From assembly GCA_050331735.1 (NCBI GenBank), contig JBHJGN010000011.1:1-64000 (forward strand): a stretch of DNA of 64,000 nucleotides. Direction: 5' to 3'. Numbering within the stretch: the stretch's first letter is position 1; each line of letters opens with the position of its first letter. This document shows, piece by piece, positions 1 to 9,443 of the stretch. Under the pieces are notes generated by a model. The model searched no databases. It had not been told where the DNA came from and was given only the letters and a program-made list of their open reading frames with translations. The DNA is from Cyanophyceae cyanobacterium (GTDB taxonomy: Bacteria > Cyanobacteriota > Cyanobacteriia > Cyanobacteriales > JBHJGN01). The position numbers and the translations under genes were made by a program.

Positions 1-139
1 CTGAGACAGTTTTCTCCCAAGACCGCTAAAAAAGTTGATTTGCTCATCAAAATAGCGATGTATCTCATAAATCCTCAGCATTTGCGTAACTGGTTTACCC
101 ACTGCTGTTATTGTCCCTCATAAACCTGCAAAGCGCTGT

Positions 140-615
140 AATGCTCGGAGTTTTGGTCGGTGAAGCAAATAGCTCTGAGCGCTCAGGAGCAGTGGTTCTT
201 CATGAAGCTAAAGAAAAGCTGTCCCGCTTGCAACTGGCTCGTAGATCAAGGCTACTGCGGTTAAAACTTTCAACACGCTGCTCAACAGGTCTGCGGTGAC
301 AGCGTTCGCGTCGAGGTGATCAGGCGCACCTCCACAGAGTTTGAGGTTTTACGGAGTGACCAGTTTTTGGCCGGAGGTTTCCTCCGGCCAAAAACTGGTC
401 ACCTCACGTTGAATTGTCGAGGGGCTGCGGGCGGGAACTACTTCCGCCCTTTAAAAGCCCGTCGAACGCAGTTGCGGCTGGCTCAATCGCTACCGTCGTT
501 TGAGTAAGGACTATGAACTATACGCTCACAGCAGCGAAGCGATGATTTATGGAGCGTTTATTCGCTTGATGATTCGCCGCCTCGCCGCTTAAGATTTACG
601 TTAGAAATCAGCTCT
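140..615 (+). mobile_element. Degraded IS5-family (IS1031-like) transposase, 3' part and right end
   Basis: Reading through frameshifts and two small inserts gives ...VDQGY...VEVIRRTSTEFEVLP-R*IVERSCGWLNRYRRLSKDYELYAHSSEAMIYGAFIRLMIRRLAA*, a typical IS5 C-terminus. Confidence 0.8.
356..402. repeat. Perfect hairpin (22-bp arms, TTT loop), small dispersed repeat-like insert
   Basis: GTGACCAGTTTTTGGCCGGAGG-TTT-CCTCCGGCCAAAAACTGGTCAC interrupts the IS5 reading frame. Confidence 0.85.
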
Positions 616-824
616 CAATGTAACTGGTGACCACTATCAATAACCAGTGCCGGTAGCTGTTACCGTTCTCAAAAACAGCAACTTAACTTTTCTATAGCTT
701 GATGATTCTCTTCCCGTTCATTACTTAATAATTTCCCTAAGTTTTCTCCCTGTTGCTGAGGAAGAATAACTGATGAGATAGAAGCAACAAACAGAAAACG
801 CCATTCGTAACAGGAAAAAAGCTC

Positions 825-1895
825 GTGATTTATAGCGCTACCAATCTATTCAATACTTATCTAAGAACTAAACCAAAGAATATTTTCCCGTCTGCAAAAA
901 AGCAATCTCAAACCTATTTCAGTCAGGATGCAACTCTCCCTCTCAAGATTGTCAGGACGGGAATGTATGTTCCGCCTGGAGTAGAAACCGCAGCAGAAGT
1001 GGCAACTCGCATCGGACGTTCTGAAGAGTGGGTTATCTCTCATGCGGGAGTTAAATATCGCCATGTTGCTAAAGAACCAATGGAAGTCATGGCAGCCAAA
1101 GCAGCCAAGCAGGCTTTAGGAGATGTCCCACCAGATTTAATTATCAATGCCTCTCTCACTCCAAGACAGCTAATTCCCGATAGTTCGGTATTTATTCAGC
1201 GAGAACTCGGTTTAACGGGGATTCCTTCATTCTCTATTCATGCAACCTGTTTATCTTTTCTGGTGGCATTGCGTACATCGGCTAGCTTACTCTCATCGGG
1301 GGCGTATCGTCGTATTCTGATTATTTCATCTGAAGTTGGAAGTATCTGTCGAAACTTCAACGAACCAGAAAGTGCAGCCCTAATTGGGGACGGCGCAGCA
1401 GCAGCCGTAGTAGAAGCTCCCCCAGAAGGCGAAAGTAGCAAACTGCTGGGGTGGAAAATGCTTACTTTTCCCGAAGGAGCAGAATTGACGGAAATTCGAG
1501 GCGGGGGAGTAGAGAGACATCCGGATAATGCCTTGACTCGCCCAGAAGATAACTTGTTCAACATGGATGGACCAGGAATTTATAAGCTAGCGATGCGTAA
1601 GTTAATCGTCACTTTGGAGCAGCTATTTGGGGAAGTAGGAATCAAAAAAGAAGAGATCGATTTAGTCATTCCTCATCAAGCTTCTGGTCGCGGTTTGAAA
1701 TTAGTGCCTCGTTTGGGTTTTCCAGAAGACCGCATCGTTAATATTGTTGGCGACTACGGTAACTGTATTGCCGCTTCGATCCCGATGGCAATGGCTCATG
1801 CTAACGCTACAGGAAGATTACACAAAGGTGATCGCGTTTTATTAACGGGAACTGGTGCGGGTCTTTCCATCGCAGGAGCTATAATCCAATGGTAA
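825..1895 (+). CDS. Stand-alone 3-oxoacyl-ACP synthase III (FabH-like ketosynthase)
   Basis: Cys-His-Asn triad in HATCLSF, IPHQAS and YGNCIAAS; GDGAAA motif; GTG start with AGGA upstream. Confidence 0.9.
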   Translation: MIYSATNLFNTYLRTKPKNIFPSAKKQSQTYFSQDATLPLKIVRTGMYVPPGVETAAEVATRIGRSEEWVISHAGVKYRHVAKEPMEVMAAKAAKQALGDVPPDLIINASLTPRQLIPDSSVFIQRELGLTGIPSFSIHATCLSFLVALRTSASLLSSGAYRRILIISSEVGSICRNFNEPESAALIGDGAAAAVVEAPPEGESSKLLGWKMLTFPEGAELTEIRGGGVERHPDNALTRPEDNLFNMDGPGIYKLAMRKLIVTLEQLFGEVGIKKEEIDLVIPHQASGRGLKLVPRLGFPEDRIVNIVGDYGNCIAASIPMAMAHANATGRLHKGDRVLLTGTGAGLSIAGAIIQW

Positions 1896-3007
1896 AAAGT
1901 AATTTGACTTTAAGCGATCGCCTTTTAGGAGCTTATCAGATTGTCTGTGAAACTTTTGGCATCTGGCGATCGCCTCTGTTTACTCTATTTTTCTACAGCT
2001 CGCTTCGCCTCATTGTATCTTTCGGACAGTATCTCGATCGCCTTTTCTATCCTCAACTGAGAACAAAAGCAATTACCAAACCGATTATCTTAATGGGAAA
2101 TCCCCGTAGCGGTACGACTTTTTTGCAACGCTTTCTAGTCGAGCATAATATCGGATCGGGATTGGAATTGTGGGAAATGGTTTTTCCTTCCTTAACTTTA
2201 CAGAAGTTGTTGCAACCATTTATTCCCCTGCTAGAAAAAATCAGTCCCGTGCGCCATCATGCTTCTGTGGCTCATGCTACTAGCTTGACTTCTATTGAAA
2301 CCGATGATGCTGCTGTATTTCTGCACTATTTAGATGGATTTTTCTTGTACGGTTACTTATTTGCTTTTGCTACAGAAGATTTGAGCGAGTTATTTATTAA
2401 CCAGCAGAGTAAGAATGCGGAACGAGATTTTAACTGGTTGAGTAATATTTGGCAGCGCAATCTCGTGAAAAAAAGGGGGAATAGGGTTGTGGCGAAACTT
2501 TTTTCTTTGGGAATCTATTTACCACAATTTCTAACCGCTCTTCCCGACGCACGTATTCTCTATTTGGTTCGCGACCCTGTGGAGTCAATACCTTCGGCGA
2601 TGAATCTAGTTACAGATGTCTTAGACAAAACATTTGGTTTTTGGTCGTTGCCAGAAGATGTCAAACAGCGTTATTTAGAACGTCTTTATTGGGCTTTGGT
2701 GAAATTGTTCGAGCGGTTTCATCGCGACTATACCACTGGTGCAATCGACCACGAAAGAGTCAAAGTTGTCTCTTATTCACGTCTAATGAGTGATTTTGAC
2801 AATTTAATGGCGGAGATTCTGGAATTTACCGAAATAGAACCAGACAGAAAACTACAAGTAGCAATTGCACATCAGGCAGAAATTCAATGTAACTATCGCA
2901 GCAAACATAAATACGACTTAGAACGTTTTGGCTTAAATAGCGATCACATTTACCGAGATTGTGCTTTTGTTTACGAAACATTCTTACAGCAAACAACAGT
3001 TATTTAG
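1889..3007 (+). CDS. PAPS-dependent sulfotransferase (Stf3-like)
   Basis: 5'-PSB motif GNPRSGTT; 3'-PB motif LVRDP..S; start overlaps the ketosynthase stop. Confidence 0.88.
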   Translation: MVKSNLTLSDRLLGAYQIVCETFGIWRSPLFTLFFYSSLRLIVSFGQYLDRLFYPQLRTKAITKPIILMGNPRSGTTFLQRFLVEHNIGSGLELWEMVFPSLTLQKLLQPFIPLLEKISPVRHHASVAHATSLTSIETDDAAVFLHYLDGFFLYGYLFAFATEDLSELFINQQSKNAERDFNWLSNIWQRNLVKKRGNRVVAKLFSLGIYLPQFLTALPDARILYLVRDPVESIPSAMNLVTDVLDKTFGFWSLPEDVKQRYLERLYWALVKLFERFHRDYTTGAIDHERVKVVSYSRLMSDFDNLMAEILEFTEIEPDRKLQVAIAHQAEIQCNYRSKHKYDLERFGLNSDHIYRDCAFVYETFLQQTTVI

Positions 3008-3014
3008 AGAGAAG

Positions 3015-4388
3015 ATGATGGTAACTACAACTTCAATTAAAGCTAAGGCTCTACCAAAAAAAAGTTTATGGCAAAATACCCGTTTATTATTGAAGTTTAG
3101 ACGCCAACCTTTAGAAACTTTGCGGAAAATTTGCGATTACCACGGCGATTTGGTTAATTTTGAAATTGGCAATCGTAGCATAGCTATCGTGCGCGATCCA
3201 GAATATATTGAACAAATTCTCGTTAGAAAACGTAAAAACTTTACTAAAAATACACCTGGATATAAAAATCTCAAGCTGTTGCTCGGAGAAGGATTGCTGA
3301 CTAGCGAAGGGGATTTTTGGGTAAAACAAAGACGGATGGCTCAACCTAGTTTTCATCGCGAAACAATTGCAGGTTTTGCCGAGATTATGACTCAAGCAAC
3401 AAAGGAATTTGTATTTGATTGGAAATTATCAGCTAAACAAGAACGAGTCATTGATGTCTCAAATGAGATGCAAAAGTTGACTCTAAAAATTATTGGATTG
3501 TGTTTGCTCAGTGTCGATCTGAGCGACGAAGCGCAAACAATTTCTCAGGTACTACCAATCGTAACTAAATATATTACTAATAGAGTTCAACCGATTCAAC
3601 TGGTTCCCGATTGGCTACCAAATGGAGAAAAACGCCAATTTCAAAAGGCAGTCGCAGAATGCAATCGTGTAGTCTATGAAATCATTAATCAAAGAAAACA
3701 ACAACAGGATAAGGGTCGAGATTTACTAGGAATGTTCCTCGAAATGTACGATGAGGAGACAGGGGAGAGAATGAGCGAGGTTCAAGTTAGGGACGAAGTC
3801 ATGACTATGTTTTTAGCTGGTCATGAAACTACTGCTTCTAGTTTGAGTTGGACTTTTTATCTAATAGCACGACATCCCCAGATAGAAGCCGATCTTAGAG
3901 CAGAATTACGCACAGTATTAGGCGATCGTTTGCCTTCTTTATCCGATTTGTCTCAGCTACAGCTTTTAGACAGAGTAATTAAAGAATCAATGCGACTGTA
4001 TCCACCACTTCCCTTGATAGCACGCAAAGTGGAAACTGATGATGTCGTCGGCGATTATCATTTTCCCGCTCGAATGCAGATAATAGTTAGTTCTTATGTC
4101 ACCCATCGACATCCTAAATATTGGGACAATCCAGATCGCTTCGATCCAGATCGCTTTTTATCCGTTCTTTCTGCATCATTACCTCGATCTACTTATATTC
4201 CTTTCAGCGATGGCGCACATAGATGCATCGGCGACCAATTTGCTCTGATGGAAATGAAGTTAGTTTTGGCAACGATTTTACAGCACTTCAAGTTGTCTCT
4301 TAGTTTAGGACAAAAAGTCGCGATGGATCCTAATATTACTCTGCGTCCTAAAGATGGTTTACCGATGTTGCTACAACCTCTCAATTAG
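3015..4388 (+). CDS. Cytochrome P450
   Basis: I-helix AGHETT, ExxR (ESMR), FDPDRF, heme ligand FSDGAHRCIG. Confidence 0.96.
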   Translation: MMVTTTSIKAKALPKKSLWQNTRLLLKFRRQPLETLRKICDYHGDLVNFEIGNRSIAIVRDPEYIEQILVRKRKNFTKNTPGYKNLKLLLGEGLLTSEGDFWVKQRRMAQPSFHRETIAGFAEIMTQATKEFVFDWKLSAKQERVIDVSNEMQKLTLKIIGLCLLSVDLSDEAQTISQVLPIVTKYITNRVQPIQLVPDWLPNGEKRQFQKAVAECNRVVYEIINQRKQQQDKGRDLLGMFLEMYDEETGERMSEVQVRDEVMTMFLAGHETTASSLSWTFYLIARHPQIEADLRAELRTVLGDRLPSLSDLSQLQLLDRVIKESMRLYPPLPLIARKVETDDVVGDYHFPARMQIIVSSYVTHRHPKYWDNPDRFDPDRFLSVLSASLPRSTYIPFSDGAHRCIGDQFALMEMKLVLATILQHFKLSLSLGQKVAMDPNITLRPKDGLPMLLQPLN

Positions 4389-4419
4389 TCGATTGCATAC
4401 TCATTCAAGGTAACAAAAC

Positions 4420-5529
4420 ATGAATCGTCACAATCCCCTCGGTTATATACATCCTCTTGCTGGTAGCTCTATCTTTCACTTGCTTAATTTATACTTCAAA
4501 AGTGGTGGAGTTGATCGCCTTTATTTAGCCAAGATACTTCTCATCTCAGTTATGAGTTTGTTGACTACTCCGCTAATAATCTTAGAAAAGATAAGATTTG
4601 AACGAAGAATTACTCGAACTAAGATCGAAGACTCGCCTATTTTTATTGTCGGTCATTGGCGTAGCGGTACGACCTATTTGCATAATTTATTGAATTGCGA
4701 TTCTCAGTTTGGCTATCTCAATACACTACAATCATTTAGAGCTTCGGAAATTTATTTGATTGCACGAAAAGCGATCGAGCGAGTAGCAAAAAAACAATTT
4801 CCGATGGAAAGACCAATGGATCGGGTGAAAATTACAGCAGATTCTCCTCAAGAAGAAGAGTTTGCTTTAGCTAACTCTTCTACCTATTCTTTTTATCACG
4901 GTTTTTACTTTCCTCAGCAAATGTGGCAATTATTCAATCGCTTTGTTTTACTAGATCGCCAATCAGAACCAATTAAAGAAAAATGGAAAAAACTTTATTG
5001 GCGGCAGCTACAAAAAATGACTCTTAGTTCGGGAAACAAAAGATTAATTATTAAAAACCCTGTTAACACAGCTAGAATCAAACTCTTATTAGAGCTATTT
5101 CCCAAAGCGAAGTTTATTCACATTTATCGCGATCCCCATATTGTTTATGTTTCTACCAAAAGGATGTATCAAAAAATGATTGATACTTGGGGATTACAAG
5201 ATATTTCTGAAGTAGCGATTTCTGAAAATATTTTATATTTCTATCGAGCAATGATGCAGGAGTATTTAAGAGCTAAAACGGCAATACCAACCCAGAGCTT
5301 AATCGAAATTAAATACGAACATTTTATTGGTTGCGAACTTGAATACTTAGCGTATATCTATCAACAATTTGATCTATCTAATTGGGAGGAGGTGCAACAA
5401 CAATTCCAGCTTTATCTTCAATCACAGAGTGAATATCGACGGAATAATTATCAATTAGATAATAAGACTGTTTCTCTAATTAAAAGTCATTGGCAGTTTG
5501 CTTTACAAGAATGGCAATACAGTATTTGA
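4420..5529 (+). CDS. PAPS-dependent sulfotransferase (Stf3-like)
   Basis: GHWRSGTT, RPMD, PQEEE, IKNP, HIYRDP motifs. Confidence 0.9.
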   Translation: MNRHNPLGYIHPLAGSSIFHLLNLYFKSGGVDRLYLAKILLISVMSLLTTPLIILEKIRFERRITRTKIEDSPIFIVGHWRSGTTYLHNLLNCDSQFGYLNTLQSFRASEIYLIARKAIERVAKKQFPMERPMDRVKITADSPQEEEFALANSSTYSFYHGFYFPQQMWQLFNRFVLLDRQSEPIKEKWKKLYWRQLQKMTLSSGNKRLIIKNPVNTARIKLLLELFPKAKFIHIYRDPHIVYVSTKRMYQKMIDTWGLQDISEVAISENILYFYRAMMQEYLRAKTAIPTQSLIEIKYEHFIGCELEYLAYIYQQFDLSNWEEVQQQFQLYLQSQSEYRRNNYQLDNKTVSLIKSHWQFALQEWQYSI

Positions 5530-5578
5530 CAGTACGGGCGAATATCCATTCCCCATAATCGATTTATTTAGTGTAATT

Positions 5579-6091
5579 ATGAAAAGTCTCAAACTACCCC
5601 GACCCGTTATCTGGAGAAATACAGCTTTAGTAGTCTTTAATCTATTTTTAATCGGTAATGCCATCTGGTTGCACCGTTACATCCTTCGGAACACCGCAAC
5701 TATTAACAAGACTACAGCTTCGGAACAAACTATTTCTGAAATTAATAAAGTCATCCCTAGTCAAATCAATGGGGTAGCTGTGCTAGGAACAATCGAGCCT
5801 GAAGGAGAAGTAATTCGTGTTGCACCCCCACCATCATTTGAAGGCTCTTTACTAAAGCAATTATTAGTAAAAGTAGAGGAGCGAGTTACAGCAGGACAAA
5901 CCATTGCCATTCTCGATAATTGCGATCACCTCCAAGCAGCCTTAGATCGAGCAAAAGCTCAGGTAAAAACAGCCCAGGCTCGGTTAGAGCAGGTCAAAGC
6001 TGGTATATCTCATTTTCAAGCTAGAACCCAAAAATATAAAAACCCTAATAATTACTGCATCTATCAAATGATAACAACAATAACGATATAG
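5579..6091 (+). pseudogene. Truncated DevB/HlyD-family ABC exporter membrane-fusion protein
   Basis: N-terminal TM, VAVLGTIEPEGEVI, biotinyl-like LLVKVEERVTAGQTIAILD and a coiled coil ending LEQVKAG; homology stops near 6004 and no DevC/DevA genes follow. Confidence 0.75.
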
Positions 6092-6272
6092 GTTTTTCCA
6101 GTCAGAGATTATTTCGATCCCGCTTGACGGGACTCCGCCGTAAAACAACGGAGCCTGTCTTGAGGCGCGTTCCTTGGGGAATGAAGCATCGCCAGGGTCG
6201 CCTCGCTGCTCTGACCGACTGTTGAAACTCCCTAATAGCGATGCGATCGCTTATTAACAATATTCATAAATT

Positions 6273-7544
6273 ATGAGTAGTCTAATGTCACAAACAAATT
6301 TACCTACTAGAAAAGAAAAATCTGCATCTTCGGATTATACGAATGTTTATGGTAGTCAAAATCTCAAGCAGGTTGAGAAAATTTATCAGACTAACAAAAA
6401 TTCTAACTACACCGAACGAATAGAAGAACTTCAAAAACAATATAATTACGACGATAATTGTGAATATAACTGGCTCGATCCAGAATTTTCCCTACTTTAT
6501 GGCAGTCGTCTCTACGAATCTGCTTCAGAGACGCAAAAAAAAGCTCTCAATCATCTTTACTGGATTTGCTTTTATAACTACAGTATTGGTGGCGAAATTG
6601 CCACAATGATGTTTAATCAATTGACCTGTGGGGCTTTCTACCATTTAGGTGGCTATGAAACCCTCTGTCACGAACTCGATCTCGAAACTGCTCAGGAAAG
6701 AGTACACGTAGAAGCATTTCGCCACATCGGTCAATTAACCGAGCGTGCTTTATTAGGCAAACAAATCTTTAATCGTCCAATTCCTGACTACCTAGATGCA
6801 GCCTTAGTTCATCCGCAAAAACAATTCAAACTAAACTTTGGTCGTAAATTAATCGGTATGTTCGTGGGTTCGGGAATCAGTCGTTCTCCTTTTCTAGCAA
6901 GTCAATACTATGTGCTTAGAGGATTGCGTAATAATCAACTGAAAGTAAAAGAGTACAGACATTCTCTCTACAGTCGCGAACTAGCCAAGCAGAAAGAGTT
7001 TGTAGCTGCTCCCACTTTAGTCTCTCACTATCACTGTTTAGATGAAGCTTTCCACACTTCGACTTCTAAATTAGTCAGCCATGAAATGTACAAAGATTTT
7101 GCTAAACCAACTGCTTTAGAGCTTTTGTCGGTCAATCTTTTGGTGAGAAACTTGCAATTTACCATGAGTACTCTTTCTGGTGCAGTACCAGGTATTTTTT
7201 CTGACGATGCTGCTTATATGCCTTTAGTCTACGAAATGTTGCGATCGCCTTTATTCGCTCTCTCAGCCGAAGAAGCATTGCAAATGGTGGAGGATAGCTT
7301 TTGTCGAGAACACGATGGGTTTCACGTAGCTGCTAAGTATCATCAACGCGCCCTCAAACAAAATTTGGAGTATGTCGAAGGAATAGAACATTTGTCAGGT
7401 GTCAATCGCGAACTCAAAGTGATGGCTTCAGCTTCTGTCTCCAAGAGCCTTCAGAATAACATCGAAACTTTCCACAACTTTGTCAATCGTTACTCAAAAA
7501 TAACTGTAAGTAAACCATGCTGCATTTTCAGGGCATATTTTTAG
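6273..7544 (+). CDS. CylC-type dimetal-carboxylate halogenase (AurF-like ferritin fold)
   Basis: PEFSLLYG..LY, LNHLYW, EIAT, LDLETAQERVH (ExxH) and HYHCLDEAFH (HxxDExxH), hallmark motifs of cyanobacterial CylC homologs. Confidence 0.85.
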   Translation: MSSLMSQTNLPTRKEKSASSDYTNVYGSQNLKQVEKIYQTNKNSNYTERIEELQKQYNYDDNCEYNWLDPEFSLLYGSRLYESASETQKKALNHLYWICFYNYSIGGEIATMMFNQLTCGAFYHLGGYETLCHELDLETAQERVHVEAFRHIGQLTERALLGKQIFNRPIPDYLDAALVHPQKQFKLNFGRKLIGMFVGSGISRSPFLASQYYVLRGLRNNQLKVKEYRHSLYSRELAKQKEFVAAPTLVSHYHCLDEAFHTSTSKLVSHEMYKDFAKPTALELLSVNLLVRNLQFTMSTLSGAVPGIFSDDAAYMPLVYEMLRSPLFALSAEEALQMVEDSFCREHDGFHVAAKYHQRALKQNLEYVEGIEHLSGVNRELKVMASASVSKSLQNNIETFHNFVNRYSKITVSKPCCIFRAYF

Positions 7545-8392
7545 CGATCTCTCGCGGTACAATCGTCGGCTGTTTCTTTTTATGTTTGTATCTTCTCTTT
7601 TTTTCTGCTTATACTCGGCTGAATATCCACGAGCGATTTGGTGTTTTTAAAACAGCAGAACCAACCATTCATTACCAGACTGCTCTAAAAAACTGGAAAA
7701 TTCCGTTGATGTGGGGAATTGGGATTACTCTTAGTAGCTACTTTTTAGGACTCAAGCTAGGCGATCAACCCAAACTCGTATTTACAATTCCAGAACAATA
7801 TGTATTTCTGCACTCCCCCAATTTCTTAACCGATATTATCTATGCCATTGTTGGTTTTTATGCAATCGATCTAACGGATTACTGGGCGCATCGTCTCAAC
7901 CATCGCTATCGAATACTGTACGACCGATTTCCTTTTGCCCATTTTGTCCATCATAACTGCGTCTACCTCAACCCTTTAGTAGTTGCTAGCTCGCCTCCAG
8001 TTCATTTGGCTGCTTTAAGCGGAATGCTGATGTATGTTCTTTATCTCAGCCAGGGCTTAGTTACCTCGGTTACTTTACTTCACGTAGTTAAAGTTGCCAG
8101 TAACTACCTTTCCCACCAAGGCTGCGATCCTCTACCCTGGTTGAGTCGTTTGAATCATCGAGTAGGAGGCTGGATTCCTTGGATACCACTACATCATCAG
8201 TATCACCATTTGCCTTTTGTGCAAACTGGCAATTATGGTAATGTCACTTGCTTGTGGGATTATGTTTTCAATACTGTGGTTCCCGAATGCATTTATCATC
8301 TTGAAACAGGTAAGCCCACGGCTGAAGTGGCAGCTAAAGTCCGAGATCGGAAAAAAATTACTGAGTTTCTCACAGACAAAACTTGTTGGTAG
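7517..8392 (+). CDS. Sterol desaturase / fatty acid hydroxylase family membrane enzyme
   Basis: His boxes HRLNH, HFVHH, HHQYHH; GNYG...LWDYVFNT; several TM segments. Confidence 0.85.
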   Translation: MLHFQGIFLAISRGTIVGCFFLCLYLLFFSAYTRLNIHERFGVFKTAEPTIHYQTALKNWKIPLMWGIGITLSSYFLGLKLGDQPKLVFTIPEQYVFLHSPNFLTDIIYAIVGFYAIDLTDYWAHRLNHRYRILYDRFPFAHFVHHNCVYLNPLVVASSPPVHLAALSGMLMYVLYLSQGLVTSVTLLHVVKVASNYLSHQGCDPLPWLSRLNHRVGGWIPWIPLHHQYHHLPFVQTGNYGNVTCLWDYVFNTVVPECIYHLETGKPTAEVAAKVRDRKKITEFLTDKTCW

Positions 8393-8424
8393 TGGGGTTT
8401 GAGTAGCAACTGATACTGCTGACG

Positions 8425-9255
8425 GGCATTGTCAACTTAACGGTACTGGCGCAACCTCCCTATCTATGCGAAGCTGAGGGAATGAGCATTAGTTATAAAC
8501 GACATCGTTTTCCTGCCGAGATCATCTCCTATTGCGTCTGGTTGTATTTCACCTTCCCCCTCAGTTTCAGAGATATCGAGAAAATGATGCTCTATTGAGG
8601 CATCGAGATTACTTATGAAGCGATCCGCAAGTGGTGCCTCAAATTTGCCCAAGTCTATGCCAACCAAATTCGCCGCCGTCGTCCTAAGCCTTCTGATAAG
8701 TGGCATCTCGATGAAGTCGTCATCAAGATTAAAGGCAAGAAGTTCTATCTCTGGCGAGCTGTGGACAAGGATGGTCAGGTGATTGATATCCTGATGCAGA
8801 GTAGACGGAACGAAGCCGCCGCTGACAAATTTTTTCGGAAACTGCTTAAGCCTCAAGAGACTGCTCCTAGGGTGGTTGTTAGCGATAAACTCAAGAGCTA
8901 CGGTGCTGCTCTGAAGAAGCTATTTCCAAGAATAGACCATAGTCAGCATAAGGGATTGAATAACCGAGCGGAGAACTCTCGTCGACCGACTAGGGTTCGA
9001 GAAAGGCGGATGGGACGGTTTAAATCCCCAGGTCAAGCTCAACGCTTCCTCTCCGCTTTTGAACCGATAAGAGGACATTTTTATCCCCATCAGCATCAAC
9101 TCAATGCCACAGAATACCGAGACATTATGTGTCAGCGATTTGAGAGCTGGCTGGAAATAACTTGTCTAAAGGCCATGGCTTAGATAATTCTCTTGCTTCT
9201 TTCGTTAGAAAAACAGTGCCACTTTTCGGAAATGCTCAGTTAAGTTGACAATGTC
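8425..9255 (+). mobile_element. IS6-family insertion sequence
   Basis: Terminal IRs GGCATTGTCAACTTAAC (8425-8441) and GTTAAGTTGACAATGTC (9239-9255), 16/17 match; IS6 transposase inside. Confidence 0.92.
8482..9183 (+). pseudogene. IS6 transposase with in-frame TGA at 8596-8598
   Basis: MSISYKRHRFPAEII...LY*GIEITYEAIRKW...WHLDEV...YLWRAVD...NNRAENSRRP in a single frame. Confidence 0.88.
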
Positions 9256-9430
9256 AAGATAGATGGTGTCTCTTGCTACCTTGATCCCTTGAGGAAAACC
9301 GACAGACTGTTTGCCGTGCTTGGACTTAAACCGAGGGTACTTAGCTCTTTTCTCAAAGAAGTCGATAAAAGCACGAGATAGGTTGAGCGTTGTCTGTTGC
9401 AAGCTCTGGGAGTAGACATCAGTAGCTCAC
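9256..9430 (-). pseudogene. tnpB: Internal fragment of IS200/IS605 TnpB, cut by IS6
   Basis: DVYSQSLQQTTLNLSRAFIDFFEKRAKYPRFKSKHGKQS is a typical TnpB N-terminal segment. Confidence 0.8.
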
Positions 9431-9443
9431 CACTTAAGCTGCT

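Noticed and set aside
111..507. ORFs 111-299 and 316-507 as genes
   Set aside because: They are frameshifted pieces of the IS5 transposase, partly translating the hairpin inserts
8464..8856. 130-aa minus-strand ORF
   Set aside because: Antisense shadow of the IS6 transposase
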